A DNA stretch of 64,000 nt. Source: Macrostomum lignano (taxonomy: Eukaryota). Every line of letters begins with the position of its first letter. The stretch's first letter is position 1. Of the stretch, positions 34,991 to 46,997 are shown one piece after another. The stretch spans positions 248,001-312,000 of the forward strand of contig NIVC01001014.1 in the NCBI GenBank assembly GCA_002269645.1, in the 5' to 3' direction. The notes beneath the pieces are model-generated. The model was given only the letters and a program-made list of their open reading frames with translations, searched no databases and was not told the origin of the DNA. The translations under genes and the position numbers were made by a program.

Positions 34991-35857
34991 TTAACTGTTC
35001 AAAATTCGAAGCAGAGTATGGACTATTTTAGACATGACTTTATGGAAAAATAAAAGAAGTTAAAGGCACAATTGCAATAATGTAAATAATTACGTTTTTC
35101 ACTAGGCACAAAACACAAATAAAACACAAACTAAAAATTTAGGGTCAGTGAGAGTTACTGAAGCGATTTATTTGATAATAGTTACTAGATTTAGGCTCTG
35201 CTTAGCTATCAGTATGAAAATCCCCACCCATATTGTAAAAAACTCAACCAAAGCAGTAAAAAACTCGCCTAAAAATGTGACTAAACTTAGCAGAGAAAAA
35301 CAGAAAAAAACTGCAGGAGCAATTAAAGAAGCAGACATAGAAGCAAGCGATAGAGTAACTAATGCGCACAAAAAAAGTACCTCGTAGATATTCAATTATT
35401 GCTTTACTACTGCTTATGTTGGGGTGCACAGTAATGTAAAATCTTGACTAGGCTAAAAATCGGTACATAGAATAAATAACACAATAAATAATTAAATATA
35501 GAACGACATAAAAATTAAGCAGAGACTAAACAATATTACCAAATACCTGGCTAAGGTGCTCTACTGTCAGCAGACACTTTAAATAGCATCTTTATCCTGT
35601 TTTAACGACTCCAGACAGTCCCTGACTCAAAACTATTTGAAAAAAATGATGCTAACATTTAAGATTGCAGGAAAACTTAAAAATCATGTGCATGTGTGTA
35701 GCGAGCAAGAGAATGCCCCAACCCTCAGCCAGGCCGATAAAGAGTTTGGCTTTCCTCTTGCCCGCTTGTGTCTGTCTGACTTAGGTCTATCTCCTTACTG
35801 CTCTCTCATTGGCTGAGCTAGATTGGAACTACCCCCTGACTGACTTTCGTCCGTTTG

Positions 35858-36413
35858 CTGGTAGAGTCGCTCGCTTGGCGAGAAGAATAAATAGAAAGCT
35901 TAATATCAACATTTGAATATGATTGCAATTTCTAACAACTTCAACGCGTTTCGCACGCCATGGTGCATCGTCAGGATTTTATTAGAACGATTTGAGAAAT
36001 TGAGATTGAAAGCGATTGATTAAATATTGGTTTTTGCAACGTACACAGGTAAGGAGGGTAAGATTGAAAACAATTGATTACAACTTGGCTTCAACAACAT
36101 ACATAGGTATAGTAGGTAGGAGAGAGAATTATAGATTGAGATTGAAAGTCAAACCAAATGTACACAATTCTTGTCCAGTGGTCAAAAGGCAGAATCAGGG
36201 GCGGTAGCTTAATGCTTTTTGATTCTGCCTTTTGACCACCGGACAAGAATTGTGTACATTTGTGTACATTTGGTTTAACTTTCAATCTCAATCTATAATT
36301 CTCTCTCCTACCTTACTATACCTATGTATGTTGTTAAAGCCAAGCTGCAATCAATTGTTTTCAATCTTCAAATGTTGAATCATATGATTCAAATGTTGAT
36401 ATTAAGCTTTCTA
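35858..36413 (-). mobile_element. Penelope-like / retrozyme-like 556-bp insertion with a hammerhead ribozyme and long inverted repeats
   Basis: Flanked by the 13-bp direct repeat TTTCGTCCGTTTG (35845-35857, 36414-36426). Inverted arms 36060-36197 / 36220-36368 and ~35890-35924 / ~36378-36414. Hammerhead motif at 35930-35987. Confidence 0.7.
35930..35987 (-). ncRNA. Type I minimal hammerhead ribozyme motif
   Basis: Minus strand reads UUCUAAUAAAAUC-CUGACGA-U-GCAC-CAUGGC-GUGC-GAA-ACGCGU-U^GAAGUUGUUAGAA. It has a conserved core, a 4-bp stem II, a palindromic ACGCGU stem III, a GUU cleavage triplet (cut predicted between 35943 and 35942) and an imperfect stem I with two mismatches near the core. 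Confidence 0.7.
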
Positions 36414-36640
36414 TTTCGTCCGTTTGACTTTGCCCTCTCTCCTTACTGCTCTCTCATTGGCTGAGCTAGATTGGACCTACCCCCTGGCTGACTTTCGTCC
36501 GTCTGACTTTGCCCTCTCTCCTTACTGCTCTCTCATTGGCTGAGCTAGATTGGACCTACCCCCTGGCTGACTTTCGTCCGTCTGACTTTGCCCTCTCTCC
36601 TTACTGCTCTCTCATTGGCTGAGCCAGATTGGGCCTGCCC
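36414..36640. repeat. 79-bp tandem repeat (3 copies, plus a further copy at ~35770-35857), each with two inverted CCAAT boxes
   Basis: Units start at 36414, 36493 and 36572; each contains CATTGGCTGAGCTAGATTGG. Confidence 0.9.
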
Positions 36641-37378
36641 TTCCCTTCCCCGAGGAAGGAAAAGAAGTTTTAGCTGCCACATTAAATTTATGACACTGCG
36701 CAGACAAACTACTGAAATAAGAGTAGACGCTCTACTATTTCAGGCTTAGTTGCGAGTGAAATATCTAGTTATTTTAGTGTCTGTGACAAAAATACAAAAA
36801 AGGTTAGCTTATCACGTAACTTCACTCGCGCTAACAGAGACAAAGGTGTATTAAGCTGAAGGTTAATATAAATTCCAAATAATGAGTCACTAAAAAAACG
36901 ACATAACAAACAGCGTGAACGCATGATCTTCTTTATAACAATTTGTGAAAGCAATTTAGCGAAAAAAACTTAAAATTAAAAACTATTTTTGTTTAAACGA
37001 GTCATTGACTGAGGAGATTCGCGGTTATTCCGTATAAAATATAAATAAGACGCTAAAATATAACATTCTTCATAAAAATACATGTCCCATACGATGTTCA
37101 GAGCCAATGCCAATCTATTCTAACAACAAACAGAAAACAGCATAGCAAAATTACGAAACAAACTAGCCACACTGAAATGAACAAGATATATAGAAAATAC
37201 TAAAATAGAAAAATTAACAGTGGATAGTAAAAAATTAGGGCTTGAATATCAATGAGCTAAAACAATTTGCAGACTAACTAGTCAAATTTAAATTGTCCAT
37301 AAAAACAATCAAAACTTTAGGTCGAATAATTTTATTGTCTCAGTTTGTGGAACAACAGTACTGCGACAATATATTGAT

Positions 37379-40300
37379 TTATTGATTGCCGCCTTCCTTG
37401 GCCTCCGCGTCAGGCTCCTTCTCGTCTGAAAGTGGCATTTTGTTAGGGGAGCATTTTGATTGTGCGATTGACAAATCAGGTTAAGGATTAGTGAGACCCC
37501 TCACTGAAGGATTAGTGAGACACCTATCTGAATTGAGAATACACTACACTGACTGACTTAGTTCTTAAATCCCATTGAATGACAGTAAAAATCGCATAAA
37601 AATCCCCAAAAAATAAACACGCAGCTCACCGTCTCCAGCTGGCTGCATATCCGAGGTCCACAGGGTGAGATTATCCCGCAGCAGTTGCATAATCAGGGTG
37701 CTGTCCTTGTACGACTCCTCGGACAGCGTGTCCAGCTCGGCGATGGCCTCATCAAAAGCGGTCTTGGCCAGTTTGCAGGCCCGATCAGCTGAGTTGAGAA
37801 TCTCATAGTAGAACACGGAGAAGTTGAGAGCGAGGCCCAGCCTGATGGGGTGAGTTGGCTTCAACTGGGTGTTGGCAATATCCGTGGCGGCCTTGTAGGC
37901 AGTCAGGCTGTTCTCGGCCGCCTCCTTGCGCTCGGCTCCAGTGGCGAATTCGGCCAGGTAGCGCAGGTAATCGCCCTTCATCTTGTAGTAGAACACTCGC
38001 GACTCGGCCACCGTGGCGCTAGGAATCAGGTGACTGTCCAGAACGTCAAGAATATCGTCGCAAATCTTTTTGAGCTCCTGTTCAACCTGGGTACGGAACG
38101 TGCGAACAACATCGAGCTTTTCGCTGCCGGACTTGCTCTCCTCCTTCTGCTCGATGCTGCTCACGATGCGCCAGGAGGCTCGCCTGGCTCCGATAACATT
38201 TTTATAAGCCACAGAGAGCAGGTTGCGCTCTTCGACTGTCAGTTCAACGTCCATGACAGCCACAGCCTTCATTGCGTCCACCATTTCTGCGTGTCATAGT
38301 GGGTTCAGCTTATTTTCAGTAAAAATGTAAAAAAAATCAATAGGGATAAATTTTGTTTTAACCTGATTACTGATTTTCTAATTCAAATTCAAAATTTAAA
38401 GAAGATGCATAGACTATACTAAGTCATATTCATCACTACCGTATATGCACAACCTGAATTTTACCCAACCTAGTGCAAAATTGTTTTCTATTGTTATTTA
38501 TATCAACATTCACCAAGGTTGTATATCAGTTATTCAGAGTTTAGAAGAGTTGTGTCTCTTATTAGCTACTTTCTCTTGAATAATCTATTCTCTTCTCCCT
38601 TTGTTGTTGTTCTTTCCTGCCTGACTCTTATCTCTGTTGCTCTCTTAATCTTTTTTCTTCCTGTACTTCTCTTTTCTTCTATCTCTCTTCTCATCACAAT
38701 TTTTTGAAATTTTGACCCTCTCCTTTTTTCACTCTTCTGTTTGCATTCATGCACTAGATGTTCAATTTGGCTTTTGAAGTAAAAACATTTGCCAACCACT
38801 AACCTAATGCATACATTGACATACATTTATATGAAGGCAAGTTTTTTCTTTGGTGCTAAGATGCAAGAAAGCAACCAAGGTCTCATTTAAAAATGCACTT
38901 TTTGAACCTTGGATGCAATATTTCAATTTGCAAAGTTAGGATGCTATTTGTATCTCTTTTGCATAAAAAACCTAGATGCTAAGTCATTTTAAAGCTTTGG
39001 TAAGTACAATATCTAATGCATATAAATATAATTATTTAAATACAGATTAAGCCTACAACCTATTTTAAAATATCAAGAATATTTTAGGTGATTAAAACTA
39101 AAAATAAATACATGTATTCCTATATACTAAAAATGAAATGTGTGTCTCTGTGAGATGGATTTCAGAAAAAATGGCTCAACCGATTTTCTTCAAACTTGCA
39201 CCATTCGATCAGAAATTTTCCTGGGACGGTACATGCATCTTGGCTAAAAAATTGCTCAATTTTAAAGGGATTAAATATTCGAAAAACCTGCTTTTTTGCA
39301 AAGGTCAAGCAGCTCTTTCGACCTAAAATTCATTGTAAGAATGCTAGAGAAAAAACTGACTGGCTGAATTCCGATTGTGATAAAGATTGCATCACAACAA
39401 GTTGAAAACAGTGCCGAAGAAATGCACACACGACTTGATTTAAATTGCATAACAATATTGCTAACTTAAATTGAGACTGATACTGGCTGACTGAGAAATT
39501 GATTATGTCATTACTTTTTACTTCAATTGACTTGATGTAAGAATTGAATTATAAGGGCCACAATTCACATTCTCCAATTGAAAAGAGATAGCCAAGATGC
39601 GAACAGACTGGAATGCTAATGTAGCGACCTGGGTTCGAATCTTAGTAGTGCAAAAAGATTTTTTTATCAAAACACCTTAAAAACACAACAAAACTGCTAA
39701 ACATAATAGAAGCGCAATGTCAAACATAGAAGAGCCACCATGTCGAACATTAAAGAGCCAACATTTCGAATATAAAAGAGTTACCATGTCAAACATAAAA
39801 TAAGCACTATGTCAAACATATACGTGACTCCATGTCAACGATTAAGAAGCCACCATTTCAAACATAGAAGAGCCACTATGTCAAACCTAAACAAGCCACC
39901 ACGTCAAACATTAAAGAGCCACCATGTCAAACCTAAACAAGCCACCACGTCTAACATTTAAGAGCCACCATGTCAAACATTTAAGAGCCACCATGTCAAA
40001 CATATATGTGACTTTATGTCAAAATTTAAGGAGCCACCATTTCGAACATTAAATAGCCACTTTGTCAAACATTAAAGAGCCGCCGTGTCAAACATTTAAG
40101 AGCCACCAGGTTAAACATTAAAGAGCCACCATGTCAAACAATAAAGAGCCACCATGTCAAACATAGAAGAGCCACCATGTAAAACATTTAGGAGTCACCA
40201 TATCAAACATCAAATAGCCACTTTGTCGAACATTAAAGAGCCACCGTGTCAAACATAAAAGAGCCACCATGTTTAACATAGAAGAGCCACCATGTCAAAC

Positions 40301-43300
40301 ATAAAAGAGCCACCATGTCAGACATTAAAAAGCCACCGTATCAAACATAAAAGAGTTACCATGTAGAACATTAAAGAGCCACCATTTCAAACAGTAAAGA
40401 GCCACCATGTCAAACATAAAAGAGCCACCATGTCAAACATTAAAAAGCCACCACATCGAACATAAAAGAGCCACCATGTAGAATATTAAAGAGCCACCAT
40501 GAAGAACATTAAAGAGCCACCATGTCAAACATTTAAGAGCCACCATGTCAAACATTTAAGAGCCACCATCTCAAACATATATGTGACTTAATGTCAAACT
40601 TTAAAGAGCCACCATTTCGAACATTAAATAGCCACTTTGTCAAACACTAGAGAGCCGCCGTGTCAAACATAAAAGAGCCACCAGGTTAAACATAAAAGAG
40701 CCACCATGTCAAACAATAAAGAGCCACCATGTCGAACATAAAAGAGCTACCATGTCAAACATTTAAGAGCTACCATGTCAAAACATAAAAGTGCAATCAT
40801 GTCAAACCTAAAAGAGCCACCATGTCAAACATAAAAGAGCCACCATTTCGAACATTAAAGAGCCACCATTTCAAACAGTAAAGAGCCACCATGTATAAAA
40901 TTTAAGAGTCACCATATCAAACATCAAATAGCCACTTTGTCGAACATTAAAGAGCCACCGTGTCAAACATAAAAGAGCCACCATGTTAAACATAGAAGAG
41001 CCACCATGTCAAACATAAAAGAGCCACCATGTCAGACATTAAAAAGCCACCGTATCAAACATAAAAGAGTTACCATGTAGAACATTAAAGAGCCACTATT
41101 TCACACAGTAAAGAGCCACCATGTCAAACATAAAAGAGCCACCATGTCAGACATTAAAAAGCCACCATATCAAACATAAAAGAGCCACCATGTTAAACAT
41201 AGAAGAGCCACCATGTCAAACATAAAAGAGCCACCATGTCAGACATTAAAAAGCCACCATATCAAACATAAAAGAGTTACCATGTAGAACATTAAAGAGC
41301 CACTATTTCACACAGTAAAGAGCCACCATGTCAAACATAAAAGAGCCACCATGTCAAACATTAAAAAGCCACCATGGCGAACATTAAAGAGCTACCATGT
41401 CAAACATTAAAGAGCTATCATGTCAAACACAAAATAGCCACCATGTCAAACATTGAAGAGACACTATGTCAAACGTATACGTGACTCCATGTCAAACATA
41501 AAAGTGCCACCATGTCAAACATAAAAGTGCCACTATGTCAAAAATTAAAGAGCCACCATGTCGAACATTAAAGGGCCACCATGTCAAATATAAAAGAGCC
41601 ACCATGTCGAACATAAAAAAGCCACCATGTCGAACATAAAAGAGCCACCATGCCAAATATAAAAGAGCCACCATGTCGAACATTTAAGAGCCACCATGCC
41701 AAACATAAAAGAGCAACGATGTCAAACATAAAAGAGCCACCATGCCAAACATAAAAGAGCAACGATGTCAAACATAAAAGAGCCACCATGTCAAACATAA
41801 AAGTGCCATTATGTCAAAAATAAACGGGACTCCATGTCAAACATTAAAGAGCCACCATGTCAAACATTAAAGAGCTATCATGTCAAACACAGAATAGCCA
41901 CCATGTAAAACATAGAAGAGACACTATGTCAAACATATACGTGACTCCATGTCAAACATAGAAGAGACACTATGTCAAACGTATACGTGACTCCATGTCA
42001 AACATAACAGAGCCTCCATGTCAAACATAAAAGAGCCACCATGTCAAACATTAAAGAGCCACCATGTCGAACATTAAAGGGCCACCATGTCAACATTAAA
42101 GAGCCACCATGGCGAACATTAAAGAGCCACCTTGTCAAACATTAAAGAGCCATCATGTCAAACATAAAAGAGCCATCATGTGAAACATATACGTGACTCA
42201 ATGTCAAACATTAAAGAGCCACCATGTCAAACATCAAAGAGCTATCATGTCAAACACAAAGGAGCTACCATGTCAAACATAGAAGAGCCACCACGTCAAA
42301 CATTAAAGAGCTATCATGTCAAACACAAAAGAGCTACCATGTCAAACATAGAAGAGCTACCATGTCAAACATTAAAGAGCCACCTTTTTAAACAAAAAAG
42401 AGACCCCATTTCAAACATAAAAGAAGTGTCATGCCAAACAAAATGGAACCATTATAAAGCTAAGGAAATTGTTGCACTAGCTACTTGTTCTCTGGTGGAT
42501 GCTTGCTTTTTAAGGATGGATACTTGCTTACAGGGGGATGCTTGCTCTTGTGGGTGGAGGGTACTTGCTATCTGAGAGGGGGTTGCTAGATATCTATAAG
42601 GTATCGTTGTATCCAGGTTATGCTTGCTATCAGGGGTTGCTTGCTGTCTGGGGGATGCTTGCAATCTGGGGGATGCTTGCGAACTGGGGTTGCTTGCTAT
42701 CGGGGGGATGCTTGCTACCTGGGGGATGCTTGCTACCTGGGGGATGCTTGCAGTCTGGGGGATGCTTGCTATTTGGGGATCGATGCTTGAATGCTGTCTG
42801 AGGATGCTTGCTGTCTTGGGATGTTTTGTTTTTAGAGGGAATGTCTGTTGTTGTTTTTTGAAGGTTTTATTTCGCTGTCTATTTGTTATTTGTAAAGAAC
42901 AAGGATTCTATCCAGATGTCCCCCATCGGGGGGCGAAGATTGCTAGTTTAAAACTATTTATAGGAGCTATTAGTTTAGTATATAAAAAATGAAGTTTATA
43001 TATTTTAATATTCAATTTCAATATATATATCTAGTCTATATCTATACACAGATATATACCAAATAAATTATCTGACACAAAGCTTTATATATATCAATTT
43101 AAAAACATTATTATTAGACTAGTAATTTTGATATTTAATTTCAATTATCTGAAGTTAAAAACTTGAAGTATTAATTATATGTTTAAATTTTTATATATTT
43201 TTAATAAAGTTTTAAATTGTTACCTTAAAAACATGGAAAGCAGTACAACTACAATATATAGATAACAATTGTGACTATACCTATTGGAATAAGTATAGAA

Positions 43301-46300
43301 AACCTATGGATGTGCAACACAGGGTCCAAAATTATGCATGATATAGATACAATACAGAATATATTAACTTTTGCACTAAATATAGGTATAGTAATAGTAT
43401 TAACTAGATGATAAGGCATTTAGCTTTAATAAAAGTCATGGTTACTCCTATTATTTACTGAAAATCACACTGCTAGAACACCAATTTTTTTATGCCATGA
43501 CTTAATTTTTATTTTTAGGAACTCAAAACTTTTAGTTAACTTTAAAACAGCTGTTTTTTGCTAAAAATGATATTTTTTGTTTTAATTTGATTTTCTTGTG
43601 ATTGTGCCAATATTTTTTATTTTAGTTTCTGATTATTTTTAAAGAACTTTCAATGTTGGTTGATATATAACTATACAATTACATTAACCTAACCTTGAAC
43701 TTGGAATTTTTTTGTACATTGACTGTGTACACTTTATATTGAACCTGAAAATTCTATACACCAAGTGTATGCCAAGATTGTCAGCAAGAGCAAAAATATG
43801 CCAGAAAATTCCGGCATTAAGGCACCTTCTGGACTATGGATTTTCATTCTAGCATATGCCTACCATATCTGGACTATGGGATATAGATTATAGGTTTCAT
43901 TTTCTGCAACAATTATTTGCTTCATTTACTGCTTGTTGCATTGGTTATGTGCTTATTAATTTTTAGTGGCATACAATTTACGTGAACACTTAATTGGTAT
44001 AAATTAGGGTTGACGGTCATTTTGTCTGCCACCAGTTTGTCTGCCATTCTTTCGTCTGCAAAAATACGATATAGTCATTTTGTCTACCACAAAACTTAAA
44101 GACTAAGTATGACGCCACTACATATAATATTGAAGATAAATATCTCTATATCTTAAAAGTTCTTATAGGAAGATAAGAAACTCATTATGTTGGAAGCATC
44201 TAAAAAATATTTTCCTGATGGGACCTGTAGTATATACCATATACACATTTACTAAATTTTTGTTTGTTATATAAATTTTGTAAGCTGAATAATTGTTTAT
44301 AATGAAAATGCATCATCATTGCATGGGGTCATAACAATGCTCATAACAGCTGGCCAATTATATTCAACAATGAACTCTGTCTCTGCCTTCAATATTCGTA
44401 ATTGCAGCTTCTATCTGTGGTAGGGGGTAGGGCAAGCTACCACTTGGAACCAGTGAAGTTGCGACATGTGGTGCAATTCTGTCTATGACCCTTTTTTGTC
44501 ACCCAGTGTGCCACCCCTTGCCCTATCCTTCGCCCCATTGTTTGCCATGGTTTAATATTTTTGTTTTTTTCTGTTTGTGTTAATAGTTTTGTCTATTGCC
44601 CCATCTGTTGCCCCATCTTTTGCTTCATCCCTTGCCTTTCTGCCCCATCCCTTGCTGGATAGCACAGTTTTACTATTATAAGGCTAATTTGAGCTGCCAA
44701 TTTTCTTCATCCTGCTTGCTTATTTTGCTTGCTTATCTATTTTTCTTTGTGATTTTATTAAATTAGTTTAGTGTCTTTGTCTAAATAGTTGTTGTTGGCA
44801 CCCAGCTTCGCCGCGATCTCTTGTTTGTAAAAATAATAATAACAATATAATAATAATTGCCTGCTATTAATTAATAAGTTCATTAATTAAACGAAGCCCT
44901 TAACAGTTATATCGAGTTATTTGCCTGTGGGGCTAAGCCTTTGTTATGCGCCGTGTGCCACTTCGTGCATATTTTTCATTGATGTGCGCTGGAATTTTCC
45001 GCCATAATGTGCACCTTCCTGAGTGTGGCCAAATTAGTCTCAACTCTGAACAAGCTCTGAGATCTATATGTTCTATAATATGAAATTACGGCAATGGCAA
45101 CATGCATAAAACTGCTCGACTACAATTGCGACTACCCTCCCCAAGACTTGAGAACCCAACTGTTGGAGTAAACAGGAGGAAATAACTCATTGTGATTTGT
45201 CTACGCAATTTCTGGATTTATTTGTGCGAACTCAATGCCGGCAGTAATTCAGAACAGATGTGGAATCTGCCCCACTCCATTGGTGTTAGCAACAAATTAC
45301 AAATCCAAATCCAAAATCCAAAACTTCCAAAAAGAAAACTTCCTCTGGCCCACCTTATATCCTACATTAAAGTTCTTTTTTTAATGGATATTTAAAATTG
45401 ATAGATCTTTGAAATAGTGCCATAGTCAGGAAGGTGTCCCATACACCCTGGAATATATGCCGAGGAAAGGCTTTATGTGCAGGCTGATGTATACCGATCT
45501 TTTGGAACTCGATTTTCCAAACTCTATAGGTATGCCAAAAAATTACAATTAATATTTTTTTAAACTGTAGCGGAAAATAAGTGTTGATAAACAAAGTAAA
45601 AATTGTACTAATTAAAAGTGAGGGGATTTTAGATTATATTTGCAAATTTACTTTATAAATAAGGCAGTGCTTATCCCCACGGTACCGTAGGAATAATTTC
45701 TGTCTTATTCCAACGGTACCGTGGGGATAATTTTCTGCTTATCCGCACGGCACACTGACGAGATAGCTGCCTATCTTCTACATATGCCGTGGGTTCATAA
45801 TTTAGTTTAGTACTTACGGTTTGAGTGCAATATAACAACATAACTTTGCTTGGCTATTATTTTGATAGAAGTAAAGATTTAATGGCCTTTTTACGCAAAA
45901 AAAACACTTTTTTGTATTTATGACGTATGATTTAAGATGAATTGCTCTAGTAATTGTTTACAATCTAAGAACTTTTAGCAACTAGTCTAATCCCGACATC
46001 CCCGAAAAGTCCATTGCCGCTGCTTCTGTAGACTTCTTACTAGACATGTAAATTCTCAATTTGTTTGTATAGATTATTGCATTGCTTCAACAATTCACCC
46101 GTGCGGATAAGCAGAAAATTATTCCCACGGCATATGTAGAAGATGGGGCAGCTATCTCGTCAATGTGCCGTGCGGATAAGCAGAAAATTATCCCCACGGT
46201 ACCGTTGGAATAAGACAGAAATTATTCCTACGGTACCGTGGGGATAAGCACTGCCTATAAATAAATTTCCCCTTGAGCATAAATAAAATTCTAAAAAAGT

Positions 46301-46997
46301 AAGATAACTAAAAAAGATTTTTAATATCAATTTTTTTGACTTTATGTATTTTAGTATTGTATTATCATGACACAACAAAGCAATTTGAACAATAACCCTT
46401 TGTACGGCATGCAAGGATGCTATCCAATAGGTACGCCAATCATTTTGGTATACCAAAATTTGCACACCAATAATGTACGCCAAAATTTATCTAATGTAAA
46501 TGCACGCTGAAATTTTCCAGCATATAGGACACCTTCCTGACTATGGAAATAGTGCAATAAACAAAATTACGCTTAGAAAACTGACAACCTACTTTATCTT
46601 TTTTTGCACGACTTGCAGTATTTAAACATAAAAACTTTGCTTTACTAGCTATGAAGCTATACCTTAACTTTTTTCTTTAAAAGTCGTTTCGTCTGCCAGC
46701 AGACGAAATGGCCGCGCACCTAAATTAGCCTACTGGCATGGCATACACTTCACTAGATAGGCCTAATACTTTACTTACTTACAGTGTGCATATACCACAA
46801 TTGGCAATATGGCATGTGCCCTATTTATTGCATGCTATATATCAAAAATCAGGTAGGCCTATATGAGTGCCATAAGATTCAAAATACAGAACAGAAGTAA
46901 AGGCAAAGCAGACTTTAATATACTCACCATCATAACGTTCTGCTTGTTCAGAAAGCTTAGCAAAATAAACTTTGTCTTCACGATCTTCCTGAGACAT
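37379..46997 (-). CDS. YWHAE: 14-3-3 protein epsilon-like, 3 coding exons, 257 aa
   Basis: Exons 46997-46928, 38286-37630 and 37425-37379 splice in frame (774 nt): [23 protein letters not shown]|[81 protein letters not shown]. The [12 protein letters not shown] and EAAENSL motifs favour the epsilon group. Confidence 0.95.
39135..39330 (+). mobile_element. Helentron/DINE-1-like core fragment
   Basis: TGTGTGTCTCTGTG...AAAAATGGCTCAACCGATTTTCTTCAAACTT resembles the core of non-autonomous Helentron-type elements; termini not identified. Confidence 0.4.
39595..39660 (+). mobile_element. tRNA-derived SINE head fragment
   Basis: Pol III B-box GGGTTCGAATC at ~39631 with a decayed tRNA-like upstream sequence; no cloverleaf can be folded. 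Confidence 0.35.
39705..42440. repeat. Intronic minisatellite, ~22-bp unit (TAAAGAGCCACCATGTCAAACA), heterogeneous
   Basis: About 120 copies in 14-3-3 intron 1, with recurring multi-unit blocks. Confidence 0.96.
42480..42946 (+). mobile_element. Non-autonomous Helitron-like element containing an ~18-19 bp repeat (GGGGATGCTTGCTACCT)
   Basis: The 3' end GATGTCCCCCATCGGGGGGCGAAGATTG-CTAG-T (CTAG at 42943-42946) has a CCCCC/GGGGG hairpin; the 5' boundary is approximate. Confidence 0.55.
45420..46546. mobile_element. Middle MITE with CCATAG termini and 8-bp TSD
   Basis: Perfect 20-bp TIR CCATAGTCAGGAAGGTGTCC / GGACACCTTCCTGACTATGG; TSD AAATAGTG at 45412-45419 and 46547-46554. Confidence 0.85.
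45663..46255. mobile_element. Inner MITE with long (~130 bp) TIRs and 9-bp TSD (MULE-like)
   Basis: GGCAGTGCTTATCCCCACGGTACCG... / ...CGGTACCGTGGGGATAAGCACTGCC; TSD TATAAATAA at 45654-45662 and 46256-46264. Confidence 0.9.

Larger units (their letters stand above)
44008..46720. mobile_element. Outer non-autonomous DNA transposon (GG...CC termini, 8-bp TSD; Merlin- or MULE-like)
   Basis: Imperfect TIR GGTTGACGGTCATTTTGTCTG / CAGACGAAATGGCCGCGCACC; TSD TAAATTAG at 44000-44007 and 46721-46728. Confidence 0.65.

Noticed and set aside
35148-35429. Short Lys-rich and antisense hydrophobic ORFs
   Set aside because: AT-rich low-complexity sequence with no homology signal or splice context.
37565-37629. 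ORF-track C-terminus of 14-3-3 ([10 protein letters not shown]...)
   Set aside because: Read-through into the intron; the GTGAGC donor at 37629 and exon 37425-37379 give the usual acidic tail.
39595-39660. Possible tRNA gene
   Set aside because: Only a B-box is present and no cloverleaf folds; treated as a SINE relic (likewise 51441).
45745-45785. CTGACGA followed by a GATAG/CTATC stem, resembling a hammerhead core
   Set aside because: The required GAAA after stem II is absent, and the sequence is part of the MITE terminal inverted repeat.
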